From Takakia lepidozioides (Eukaryota; Plantae; Bryophyta): a DNA stretch of 64,000 bases. A program made the translations under genes and the position numbers. Of this stretch, positions 25,534 to 38,520 are shown piece by piece; within the stretch, counting starts at the first letter, position 1, and every line of letters starts with the position of its first letter. Where the stretch lies: assembly GCA_030704615.1 (NCBI GenBank), contig CM060734.1, forward strand, positions 21,824,001 through 21,888,000, written 5' to 3'. The notes under the pieces were generated by a model. It was not told the origin of the DNA. It ran no database searches and saw nothing but the letters and a program-made list of their open reading frames with translations.

Positions 25534-28479
25534 TCACCAGTAATCCCCGCAAGAACAAACTCCATCTTGGAAGTGGTGAAAACGGTTGGCATCCCTTACA
25601 ACAATTACAGGGCGAACAATCTTGGATATGAACTTGAAGGCGGTGTGGCAGTCACCACAGACCCGAAGGTTCTTGATGATATGGATTGGTGTCCCGGGAG
25701 GTGTGCTGATCAGTCCAAAAGCCATGGCCAGCTTCTCACTGTGGTAGCAAAGAGATAATTCCTTCTGTTCCTCCTCCACATCATGCAATACAAAGTGCGT
25801 GTCCGGCACATACCCAGTCTCTTCCATTTGCTCCGCCAATCTCCTCAGCTCAGCATGGATCTCCTCCATTTGGGGATGTGACATGTCTTCTACAACAAAC
25901 GTATGCACTCGGTCATGTACCTCAATGCAGCTGCGACCTGGCTCCTTTCTGACCCCTCGGGCCTGCATAATTTTTCTCACCTTTGCTGTATCGTCCCACC
26001 TGCCGGCAGCAGCATAGATGTTTGATAGCAGCACATAAGTTGCAGCATCCTGTGGATCCCACTTAAGAAGGCATTGTGCCACATGTTCTGCTACACGTTC
26101 TGCTACATCCACCTTACCATAAATTCTGCAGGCACCAAGCAAGGCACCCCACACTGCACCACCCGGTTTCATCGGCATTTTATGGATGAAGTCCTCTGCC
26201 TCATCCAGTCGGCCTGCACGGCCAAGAATGTCCACCATGCAGCCAAAATGCTCCACCGTAGGGGTGATTCCATGATCTTGACTTATGGAATCAAAGTAGT
26301 GCCAGCCTTCAGCCACTAGGCCCACATGGCTACATGCAGAGAGAATACATACAAAAGTGATACTGTTCAGCTTCAAGCCTTCCTGTTGCATTTCTTCAAA
26401 TAGTTGTAGAGCCTCCATACCATACCCATGCTGACCATACCCTGCAATCATCGCACTCCAGGAGACCACATCTCTTTTGGTCATATTGTCAAACACTTGG
26501 CAAGCTTCCTTCATGTTCCCACATTTGGCATACATGTCCACAAGGGCAGTCTGCAGAACGGCACCCTGTTCAATTCCAGCTTTGATGATGTCAGCATGGA
26601 CCTCTTTACCCTTTTCCAGGGCTGCCAGGCTGCCACACGCATTAAGAGCACAAAGGAATGTGACCCTGTCGGGTGTTACCATTTCCCGTATCATTTGTTC
26701 ATAGATCTCTAAAGCTTCCCTACCACAGCCATGCCGAACACATCCTGCAATCATCACACTCCATGAGACCACATCTATTTGAGCCATATTATGGAAGACT
26801 TGACGTGCGTCCTTAATAGTTCCGCATTTGGCATACATGTCGACAAGAGCAGTCTCTAGAATGATATCTGGGGCTATTCCAGCTTTGATGATGTCAGAAT
26901 GGACCTCTTTGCCCTTTTCAAGGGCTGCCAGGCTGGCACATGCACTGAGAACGCAAATGAATGTAACATTGCTTGGAGTCACCCTTTCCCATGTCATTTG
27001 GTCATACAGCTTGAGAGCTTCCCTACCATACTCATGCTGAGCATATCCTGCAATGATTGCATTCCATGAGACCACATCATGTTCACCCATATTTTGGAAC
27101 ACTTCACATGCATCCTGTATGCTCCCGCATTTTGCATACATATCAACAAGGGTGTTCTCCAGAATGATATCTGGGTCAACTCCAGCTTTCATGATGTCAG
27201 CATGGACCTCTTTGCCCTTATTCAGGGCTTTTAGGCTGGCACATGCATTCAGAACACTAATGAACGTGATCTTGTTGGGCATTGTCCCTTCCTGTATCAT
27301 ACAGCTATACATGTGAAGAGCCTCCCTCCCACACCCATGCTGAGCATATCCTGCTATCATGGCACTCCATGAGGCCACATCTCGGTGGACCATATTGTCA
27401 AAAACTTGGAGTGTGCCAATCATGCTTTTGCATTTGGCATACATGTTAAGAAGGCTATTCTCCAGAATAATGTCTGGTGCAATTCCAGCTTTGATGATGT
27501 CAGCATGGACCCCTTGGCCTGTTTTCAAGGCCACCAGGTTGGCACATGCATTGAGAACGGAAGTGAATGTGACCTTGCTGGGCATCAGCCCTTCTCGCAT
27601 CATTTGCTCATACATCTCCAGAGCCTCCCTACCACACCCATGCTGAGCATATCCTGCGATCATCACATTCCATGAGACCACATCTCGGTGAACCATATTG
27701 TCAAACACTTGACGAGCATCCCTTACACTGCCTCATTTAGCATACATGGCAGAAAGGGCGGTCTCCAGAATGTTATCTGGTGCAATTCCAGCTTTAATGA
27801 TGTCACCATGGACCTCCTTGCCCTTTTCCAGGGCTCCTAGGCTGGCACACGCCTTGAGAACACAAATGAAAGTAACCTTGTTGGGGATCACGGCTTCCCA
27901 TATCATCTCCTGATAGATCTCCAAAGCCTCCCTACGAAACCCATGCTTTGCATATCCTGCCATCATTATAGTCCACGTAAACACACTTCGTTCAGGCATT
28001 TTGTCGAACACTTGTCGTGCATCCATCAAACTTCCACACTTGATATACATGTCCACAAGGGTGTTGAGTAAAAAGATGTTTGGCTTGAATCCAGCTCGAA
28101 TAATGTGGGTGTGCACCTGCTTTCCCATTTCCAGGTCGTTAACTTTGACACACACCCGCAACAGACAAACATAAGTATTGTTGTCTACTGAAATGCCTTG
28201 GTGATTCAAAATGTACAGCGCCTCTTTCATTCGACCTGCCTTACCCAGTGTCCTCACATCCCCACACGTGGCACAAGAGTTCATGTTGACTCCTTGCGTC
28301 TGTCCTTCACACCAGGCTGGTTGATACTCAACTTTGTCCATTGTTCGTGTTTGGGCAGGCTGTGTCCTTTGACAATGATCTGAACCATCAACAGATAGTG
28401 CTCTGCCTTGTACCATGGTGGCTACCTCTGCTGTCACCCAAAGAGGGGTTGACCAATTGTGAATGCACAGGGCCTCCAT
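25534..28479 (-). pseudogene. Intronless PLS-class PPR protein with E1-E2-DYW (C-to-U editing factor), one premature stop
   Basis: L-S-P repeats, P2-L2-S2, PG box PGRSCIE, HSEKLA, CGDCH, terminal DYW. ORFs 27733-28479 and 25534-27708 are in frame, separated by MYAK*GS (TGA at a conserved Cys). Confidence 0.92.
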
Positions 28480-31400
28480 CTTCTGCTACCCCCAACCAAC
28501 GTCCACACAGAAACTCGCCTTATAAATTCAATCCAAGTATAGTCAGTACTGCTTTTAGGTATGTCTGGAGACTCCTGAATGATGGAAAAAGACAGTGAGA
28601 GTCTTTGTCATGCTATTACAAAATAAATCCAGGAAGAAAATAACCATCCATCTGGGTCGCGTTTTCCTGCAGTGTCTAGAAACACCTAACCATAATTTTC
28701 TTAGTCTGCATTTGTTGATATGGGAAACATGGACCAAAACAAAACAACCCAAACAAGTGCGAAGGCTGACCTGAGTTGGCATCTTGCAAGCATATGCCTG
28801 CACACTCGCTCTCTTCAGATATTTGCACTTTTGCACAGACACCTGGTGCAGACAAGAAATCCAAGAGTTCCTACATGAATAACAGTGGTCACAAATTTTC
28901 TTACTTTATTCAAGTGCTGATTTGTCAGCGAAGTGGAAATAAAAGTGACCCAAGGCGATAACCAGTCGATCACACTATCCTCTGACAAGCACTGAAAATG
29001 CAAGCGATTTGACCTTGAACAAACAATCTCAAAGCACTAGAACTTCCTTCGTCCCGGGCACAACGGGCCATTCAACCTGAATCAAAACATGTTTATTCAT
29101 AGTTGTCTACAATCGCCGGTTATTGAAACTCTACTACCCGTGGTATCAATATCTTAATATCCAGTTTGATACCCGGCCTATAGATACCCTGTTCACTCAA
29201 TACTGCCCAACAACACTGCTAGATACGCTGCAGCTGTATGAGCTACTAAATAATTCAGCTGCCCAACGGCGTCATTGCATCCAATAAATCTTGTCTGCAG
29301 AAAGCAACCTCATAAAATGCAGCTTCACCATTCCGAAGAACCTAATGTTATCCAACCGGTTTTTGAAGGGAAAACCTAAAACCTAATGTCCCTGTATATT
29401 CAACATTCATAACTAATCAAGAATTGAAGAGCCAGAAATTACCCCACTCAAAAATGAAGATCCATCGGGACGTTCCACATGGTTGACGGTGCACGGTCCC
29501 ATCAGCCATTGGCATGTTGCCAAAGCTCAATGAGCTGTTGCACCAACATCCCACACTCGATGAGATAGTGTGAGTGATAGAAAGAGAGATATATGGAGCA
29601 CTAAAATCTCCTAGCTGTAGTGTTGTGGCCATAGACCAGCGCCTGGAGTGGATGGACATGAGAGGGCTGACAGAAGGGGGAGGGAAGGTTGTTTGGGGGC
29701 GATGGCGGCGGTGGAAAACAGTATCGGAGTTGGTGCCACCACTGAAGTAGAGAGAGAAAGGCACAAGAACAAAGACAGACACATTCAAGACTAAATTCAC
29801 ACACCACACTCTCTCTCAGCTTCCCTATTCTCACTCTGGGCGTGACCAAAGGCAAGTTCTGGATCAGCTCATAACCCAGTGGGTTGTACCGTTGTAACGT
29901 TGTAACCCACAAGCAGCTGGAGCTATATTGTACCTGGACTATGCACACAAGACCAATTGGTGAATCTCTCCTTCTCACCACCGGAACAAGAAACGTTGAA
30001 TCTTCCTCTTTCACCCTCACCATATGAAATGGTTCATCACAAAACAAGAGTGCAGTACCACATAGCATTGCAGCTGGCTTCGGTCCCCCAAAGGACTCTA
30101 TGAGACGCTTATTCTAGCGACGACCGAAGGTCGGAAGCTAGTTTAGCGTAGAGCAGATATAGGGTGCCAAGTCATCGTCGCCACGTCATTATCGCCATGT
30201 CATCGTCGCCACGTTTCGTGGCCACGTCATCGCCTTCGTCAATTTCCTTGGAACCTGCCCCAAAATAACCAAGAGAGGCGTCCCTTGGCACTATGTCCCA
30301 AGACTTTCATGAAAGTACCGTGGGCCCGGGCTGCCGTCCTCATGCCCGGCCTGGCTTGTTCCTGGCTCCGTCCCACGTCGGCTCCTTTTGATCGTTGCCC
30401 TGCCTTCTAGCTAGCTCCCTGCCACGTCGCGAAGTAGATTAGATCTAGATATCAAACGAGATATCGTAATCACAACTTTGGGCTTAAGCGGAGCCCGCAA
30501 GTAAGAAATGATAAGTAGTTTCTGCCATCCGAGCTCCCATCTAGACTGCGTTGTTGAATGAAGCAAAGCCTGCTTGCAAGCAGGTGCAGGCAGTTGAAAC
30601 CCATCAACAACCCATCAAAGTTCAAGAATCAGCCCTCGGGATCAAGCTTGTCAAATAAGGTAATCGACGAGTCCGCTGCAGGTATCAGTGAGATAAAAAC
30701 ACTGGTCAACAGAGGAAGTAGAAGGGACGGGACAGTTGGACCTCGGCTGGTATGATCGTGTCGATCTAATTCTTGGAGAGTGCATGTCGAATTCGGGGCC
30801 ATCACCCTTTCTGGTCCAAGTCCAGACTCCAGATTCATACTGCACAGTTTCTGAAGTGAGAGCTGCTGATAGCTTCACGTCCATCCTGCACGTCTGACTT
30901 ATCACACTCTTTGACTCGGAAAAGTAGTAAAACCCTCTAAAGCTGGTCTTCCTCCAGATCTTAGTGACATATCTGTTCACCACTAACTGGTCGAAGAAAT
31001 GTAGAGATTTCGTGCTCTTGAAAATGAGTGCTTCAGAATAAAATTGCTTGTAGATCCACGGGTAAGGGGTTCTTCTTCAAGCGAGTGCGTTGGCTTCCAT
31101 CACTGCCTCATGGGAAACTGGGACCCTTGACAACAGTAACCTCCTGCACGAATAACTTGCTCCAATATGATCGCCCCGGTGTTGGGGCGTCGACATCAAG
31201 CGAAGCCCGCGGGCCAGCAAGAGTGCATGGGAGCGCGTCGCAGGAGGAGCTGACCTGGCAGCGGGGCCAACCAGCAACCCAGCCCGGGCCGACGGCACTA
31301 TCCTAAAAGGGCTTGGGAGGGCCAAAGAGAGGCGTCTTACAACGCCGAGGGAGACATTTGCAGATTATGAGTACACCGCATGAGAGCTGGAATTTGCACG

Positions 31401-31863
31401 ATGGTGGGACAACCGCAATCGCAAGGTGTGGCTTTTCTTAATGTACAATGTGAAGAAGTTTGTCTTGCAAATGTCGGCTCTTGGCTCATGTTAGTACCAC
31501 GATTTGATATTCTTCCTGATGTTTACAAGGTTCTTGGGAGAGTCAGTTTGGTCTTAGCTAACAGACCGTGTTTCAATTTCTGCTTGCTCGTGGTGGTTAT
31601 CACAGACCAATCCGACATCACCTGACTACAGACACAAGCAGCACACACAAGAGGTCTTTTTGGATTGATGGTCGGTCAAATCCTCCATGGGTCATGACAT
31701 AGGGTCAAGGACAATGTAGTGAGGGCACTTTCTTCTTCGACCTTTTCAGCCTGTTTTGCCCTCTCATCAGACTCGGCCCTGATATGCATATTGAATTCTG
31801 ATAGTTAGCTCGTTGGGTAGATCTGTGGTGGTTTGGAGTGACTTTGACAAGTTATGTGGCAGC

Positions 31864-32447
31864 TGTCAAGGACGAGAACATGACTGAACACAAACAAGAG
31901 ATCAGACTAGAGGTACAGACTAGACAAGAAGTCAAGGTCGGCATGGCCGAATGCATGATGGGTAAACATGAATCAAGATGATCTTTATAACAATGGACAA
32001 GAGTACAAGATACTGGAACTCGACTTGAATACTGAAGTGCTGGAAACTGGACTGGAGTACCAAATACTGGAAACTGGACTAGAGTACTGGAAGCTGGACT
32101 GGAGTACTGGGACTGAAAACAAGAGTAGTTTGAACTTGTGTTGGCGAGACTGAATAGTGTCCAGTCTCGCCTCCTATATATACTGGCTACTAGGAAGTTC
32201 CATAAGAAGCTTCCCCAATGGAGGTTTCTTGATGGAGAAGTTTTATTAAATAAAAGAGGTATCTTGATGGAGAAGTTTCCTCCAAAGGAAGCTTCCTGAG
32301 CAGTTTCCCAAGTTACTCTCGGTAACTTGATAATTAATGATAACTTATGGTAAATCATGATAAATCTTGATAACTTTCGGTAACATCATAACTTGGAAAC
32401 TTCTGGTATTTACTCCTGGTAAGTTCCTCTGGCTATGTCCGTGACAT
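31864..32447 (-). mobile_element. 3' LTR of a Tcn1-like Ty3/Gypsy element
   Basis: TGTCACGGAC...GTCCTTGACA on minus, preceded by polypurine tract AGAAGAGGGGG; homologous to 42864-43470. Confidence 0.9.
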
Positions 32448-32799
32448 CACCCCCTCTTCTAGCGCCGAGTTCCTCGAGGAGCGGTAAAATCTTGGACTTG
32501 CTTTGGAGTTGGGAAAAATCCAAAATCCGACGAATAGTACTTGCCAAGTATTCGGCTCTTCGTTCTTGACTCAAATGATTTATAGGTCCCTGCAACCATC
32601 GATAGTGTCCAACACCTTGAACTTGGGACCACGCAGTGATTTGAGCATTCTGATTTTCGAAACTGCCTGCAAACATGATTTCGTTGCCCCCTGGGTTCGA
32701 AGCCTCAACCTCCAACAGCATTATCAGACTTCGAGTAGGCTCCACTTACCATCGTACGGGGTCCAGATGAGGAAGTACACGTCGCATTGGTGGCTCATC

Positions 32800-33860
32800 G
32801 TCCGCCATTACTGGAGGTCGCTTATTTTTTTAATTTTGGAAAATGGATCGACCGCCATATTTTGCGATCGTTTTTTTGGGTTTTTTAAATGGAGCGACCG
32901 CCAAGGTGGCGGTCGCTTCTACGAGGTGTGCCCTGCGCATGGAGCGAGGAGTGAGGCGGGGGGGAGGGGCATATAAGCTTCGACTCATTCTCCCCTCACT
33001 TCCATTACTGGCGGTCGCTTGAAGTTTTTTTTTTTTTTGTAAATGCAGCGACTGCCATTATTGGCGATCGCTGTAATTGTTCTTTTTTACTGGCGGTCGC
33101 TTTTATTTTATTTTATTACGAAATGGAGCGACCGCCATTTGTGGCGGTCTTTTTTTTATGTTTTTTAAATGGAGCGACCGCCAAGGTGGCGGTCGCTTCT
33201 ACAAGGTCTGCCCTGCGCGTGGAGCGAGGAATGAGGCCGGGGGGGGAGGGGGGGGGCATATAAGCTCCGAATCATTCTCCCCTCGCTTCCATTACTAGCG
33301 GTTGCTTGAAGTTTTTTTTTTAAGAAAATGCAGCGACCGCCATTACCTGCGGTCGCTTTTATTTTTTATTTTTTCGAAATGGAGCGACCGCCAAGGTGTC
33401 GGTTGCTTCTACGAGGTCTGCCGTGCGCGTGGAGCGAGGAATGAGGGGGGGGGGGGGATATATGTTTTGTACATGCAGCGACCGCCATTACTGGCGGTCG
33501 CTGTAATTATTTAATTTTATAAATGACGATTTTATTTTAATTTCTTTGGAAATGAAGCGACAGCCATTATTGGCGGTCGCTTGTTTTTTTTTTGGGGGGA
33601 ATGGAGCGACCGCCATTACTGGCGGTCGCTTTAATTCTTAATGTCACTATAAATGTAGCGACCGCCAATGCTGGCGGTTGTTTATTTATTTTATTTTCGG
33701 AAAATGGAGCGACCGCCAGTTCTGGCGGTCGTTTTTTTTTTTTTTTTTCGGAAAATGGGGCGACCGGTCACTTCTAGAAGGTTTGCCCTGCGCGTGGCCC
33801 GAGGAATTGGGGGGGGGGATATAAGCCAAGGGAGGCTCATTCTTCCCTCACTTTCTCTCT
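32800..33860. repeat. Array of GCGACCGCC-N4-6-GGCGGTCGC palindromes within longer direct-repeat blocks
   Basis: More than 15 copies separated by T-rich linkers; repeated block ending GGGGG..ATATAAGC. Confidence 0.9.
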
Positions 33861-33930
33861 AGACAACTTCTATGTGCGTAGCATTTCATTATTCCACGAC
33901 ACGTAGTCACGTGGAAAAGGAGGCCATTGG

Positions 33931-34745
33931 TTGGGTGGGGGGTATTTTTTTGCTGCGATTTCTGTGAGGTCATCGCAGAATGCTCCCATAGGCCCTCCTC
34001 TGGCTTCCAGGATGTTTGGATCATGTGAACATATGTTCCATCTCACATGTCTTATCCCGCAAGCTTTGCGGATGAGTGCTTGCCCAGAATGCCGTATACC
34101 AATCCATCGCCGTTTCTATGAGCTGGTGGGCTTGGAGGATCGGATGCCCATAGGTTTTGAATACAATCGACACAACCTCCCATTGGATGGGCTACCATTT
34201 ACATTTCTGAATTGTGTGCATTGGGGCAAGAACTGGGATGCAGACAGAGAGATGCATGGCATACATGTCGGAAACCTGGCATACGTCAAAGATCCCCAGT
34301 ATTCTGGGTTACATCTGACTGGGAGATAATTATATGTGCGGGAGACATTCCCGATTGGTGGGAAAGAGAGCAGTTTTGCCGCAATTTGGGAGGGCATTTG
34401 AGTCAGAGAAGGTCCAGGTTTATCCGGCTCCCACAGGTTCCATGGATGCCGGAGGAAAACAAATTGTATGACCGAGAACCAATTGGGAGACATTTGTTGC
34501 TATCCGAACTGGAAGATGCTATAATATGTCAACGCCAAATGAATGAGGCGTACGAGGCGGCTTATCGTCGAAACGACACAATGATTAGGGACAGGGCCCG
34601 CGAGAGACGGTTGGAAAGTTTCAAAAGTACTATAAAGACAATTGTAGAGCAATGGAGGCGACTACGGACATACCGTTATCATCGTGTTTCGGGGGCTCTA
34701 TTGCCGAATATGGACGGCCTCGTTGCCGATTTGCATGCAGCCTGA
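33931..34745 (+). pseudogene. RING-H2 zinc-finger protein, frameshifted
   Basis: SCEHMFHLTCL...CPECR fits CxHxxHxxC...CxxC; continues in a shifted frame 34212-34745. Confidence 0.7.
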
Positions 34746-35409
34746 GCACTTGTTGTCGATCCACCTCCGCTACGTCGTGAGAGTGAAGAAGAAAGTCAAC
34801 TTTCGCCACGAAGTAGGCGGATGCAAGCCAGAATTGATCACATGCCATTGGGCCCCTCATTGATCACGAGATCACGGTCGCAAGCTCTCCGTATTGGCAG
34901 TGCAAATCAGGCCACAACATCACATCCCTTGTCCTTGGACAGTGACGACTAGGCTTTTTAATGACTGACAGCATAGTACATAGACAATGTGCATTCTTGT
35001 TGTACCTTGAATATTGTTGGAAAACACAGTGATAGCATTCCGCCAATTTTGTATATCACCAATTTTGTTAATACACAATGCACATATGCGGCACCTACCA
35101 ATTTCAATTGCATGAGCAGCGTTTTCTTCACATTTACACTCGTGTGATGGGGAAGAAGTGGTTCACCCTGTAAACAAATTTACAATGGTGTCATATTTGG
35201 TCATGACGTGTATGTGGATATCTGCAATGAACTCCGAAAGCTGGAGAACAAGGAAAATTGATGTTAACCAATAAGTTATAACGAGTTACGAACGGTCGTC
35301 TTCCAAACAAATTTCGCCTAGTCCCTGCGTATTTCATAATCATTTCGCAAAATCTATGATCTTTTTACGTATGACGAACATACCCACAAAGTTCTCAAAG
35401 CACAAAATA

Positions 35410-35830
35410 ATTTCGATTCATCTCATATTACTCTGGGGCCTGTGAGATGGTACATTGAACACACTGCCCAAGTCTCAAAGCGAACGAAAATCATTTGGAT
35501 GGGCAACCATCTATTGGCCCATTGAACGAATTTTGATTGATCTCATATTACTATGGGGCCTCTTACATGGTACATTGAACATACTGGCCAAGTTTCAAAG
35601 TGAACCAAAATGATTTCGATGGCCAACCATCCATTGAGCCATCGAATGAATTTCGATTGATCTCATATTAGTTCGGGACCTGTGAGAGGGTGTCCCGAAC
35701 GTACTGGAAAAGTCTGGAAGCAAACAAAAATGATTTGGATGGGCAACCATCCGTTCACCAATTGAATGAATTCCGTTGGATCTGCTATTACTTTGGGACC
35801 TGTTGGACTACATTTCGCGTGCTCATGATT
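35410..35830. repeat. 120-bp tandem repeat, ~4 units
   Basis: GATTGATCTCATATTA-like starts at 35415, 35535, 35655, 35775. Confidence 0.85.
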
Positions 35831-36419
35831 TGTTTTTCATTCCATTTTTTAATGGGGCGTGTAATGACTCAATATGCAACGTGCGTGCCAAATTTGGGAA
35901 CGAACAAAATTCATTTGGACCCAAAACCACAGTTTCTTCCTTGTTTTGCACTCCAAACTTGATTTGTGTTCTACTTCATGCACTCTTCATAGAGAGTTTT
36001 GCAATAGTAAGCAAAGATAACATTTTTTCTTTGGGACATTTTTTATTGGTCCAAATTTTGGCGCGGGGGGGGGGGGGGGGGGTTAGTGGTGGGATGCTTG
36101 AAGCCGCAGAACAAAATTGAGCCAAAAACAAAATCGATACGTGCCAGAAACCCCCAATGAAAGGCAATGAAGACCTATTTATTGGCTTAAAATTAATTTA
36201 AATTCAATTAAATTTTCGAATGGCTTGAGGGGTGAGCACGTCGATGGGGAGGCAAATGATTTATTCGTCTGTTGTGTCTCCGCACATGTGTCGCACACAT
36301 GTTCAAGCACATGCGGGCAAAAGAGGGGCACGGCTATTGCACCCATTGAACGGATATGGTTGCATTGCAGGATTTCTTTTTCGCAATGAACAAAAACCAG
36401 ATGACAAGTGAACGTCTCA

Positions 36420-36835
36420 TTGGCCCATCAAACAAATTTTGATTGATCTCATATTACACTGGGACTTATCAGATGGTACATTGAACACATTGGCCAAGTC
36501 TCAAAGCGAACGAAAATCATTTGGATGGGCAACCATCCGTTGGCCCATTGAACGAATTTTGATTGATCTCATATTATTCTGGGGCCTCTTACATAGTATA
36601 TTGAACATACTGGCCAAGTCTCAAAGCGAACCAAAATCATTTCGATGGCCAACCATCCGTTGAGCCATCGAATGAATTTCGATTGATCTCATATTAGTCC
36701 GAGACCTGATACATGGTATATTGAATATAGTGGCAAAGATTGAAAGCAAACGAAAATCATTTGGATAGGCAACCATTCAATCGCCCATTGAATGAATGGG
36801 GTTTCGTCTCATGTTAGACCGGGACTTATTACATG
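36420..36835. repeat. Second block of the same 120-bp repeat
   Basis: Units at 36441, 36561, 36681, ~36805. Confidence 0.85.
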
Positions 36836-38520
36836 GTATCTCATTTGAAGCTCTTTTTGTAGTGTCTCCTGCTTTGTAATGCGGTGCTTCTTCATGTCCA
36901 CTTTTGTCGATGTTCCCCACCTGGAACAGATCCACACATGTGTGCATAAATCCTTAAATAAGCAAATGACCATCTCCACTTTTATAAGCCTCATCCGCAG
37001 CTTCCAGTTTTGATGGTCATTTGGTTTTTTAAGTATTTATATACGCATGTGTGGATATGTTCCAGATGGAGAATATCAACATTGGAAAAATAAGAGTTGG
37101 AGAAGCACCTCATTACGAAGCAAGAGACATTATAGAAGACCTCACCATGTTGAACATCTGGATGAAGAACCTTGCCTATCGTCGCTTCAAGCGCTTCTGA
37201 AATGATCACATGTTTGTTGGTGGAAGCTGATCTCGTAGGCCACATTGATCTCGTACCCATCGAAGACTCTCGTAAGCCACATGGAACGGTTCATGTGATA
37301 CATTTTCACAAATGCAATGTGATACATTTGTGAAATGGTATCACATCAACCGTTTAATGTGGCCAATGCACCTCTTCCGCACCATGGCGGAAATGTTCGT
37401 CACTTGAAGGCACAAACACAAATAATCCATGCAAACAATCTCAAGAATCATATATACTGCAAGGTGTTTTATACTGCCGATGTTCATGTAGCTGAATTAT
37501 TTAGGAATCGTTTTGCTACTCCCATGCCAACAACATCAGGTCCACTGGGACTATCATATTCCGAATTCCATATCAGCCACCACAGACATGAAACTAGGAA
37601 CTTCGCACAAAATCTCCAATTAATTCAATTTATGGTGGGCCGTGGCTGCAGCCTGCAAGCTAGCTGGGGTGGCTGATACGTTCGTTTGAACATGACAGTC
37701 TCCAGAGGACCTGATGTTGTTGGCATGGGAATAGCAAAAAGAGTACTACAGAATTCAGCTAGATGAACAATAATAGCATGAAACACCTTATCGTAAATAT
37801 GATTGTTGATATTGGTTGTGACAGCTCCAATCAATAGAGAACTCGCACCATCAGTTGCGCTCCTGCAGCAGCACCGGTCCCCCGAGTAAATAAAGTTCCG
37901 TTGTAAATAATAAATTGCATACGCTCGAACCTCACAGATGTCATTACTGCAAAACCGGCCGTGTATTGTGTCACTGTTTGTAACTTCGAATGTTTCAATG
38001 TTTCTGACAGGGTACTGAGAAAATGATATATTGGTTCCGTACGAGTTAGACAACAAACGTTCCATATCTTATTCAAATGTCGATACTATCATGAGTGACA
38101 AGGATAAAAAAACTAATAGATATACATGCGACCTCCGGACGTTCAAGTAGACCATTCGCTGGACCTAGTATCAAACATTCGGTCTTCGGAGGTCGCATGT
38201 GCCCCTATTAGTTTCCGATCCATGCCTCTCATGGTAGTGTTGCACATCCGACTGAGATGTGGGACGTTTGTTGTTTAACTCCTACGGAACTAATACATCA
38301 TTTTCTCATAACCCTAACGAAAACATTGGAACATTACAAATATAAATAGTGAGACAATACACAAACCATTTATGTTGCGATGACAGGTGTCAGGGTCGAG
38401 CATATGCAATGTAGTATTTACAATGAGATTTTATTTATTACATGCACGATCAAAATTGAGTTCTGTCTTCATAAAAGAACCATTGTACTGCCACGAATCT
38501 CATATCTACGAGACTATGGT

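Noticed and set aside
27733-27735. Selenocysteine or U-to-C recoding of the PPR stop
   Set aside because: TGA replaces a Cys codon by transversion in a nuclear gene; land plants lack Sec decoding, and U-to-C editing is organellar and would give Arg.
29530-29860. Possible Copia LTR with degenerate PBS
   Set aside because: No clear TG...CA boundaries or partner LTR.
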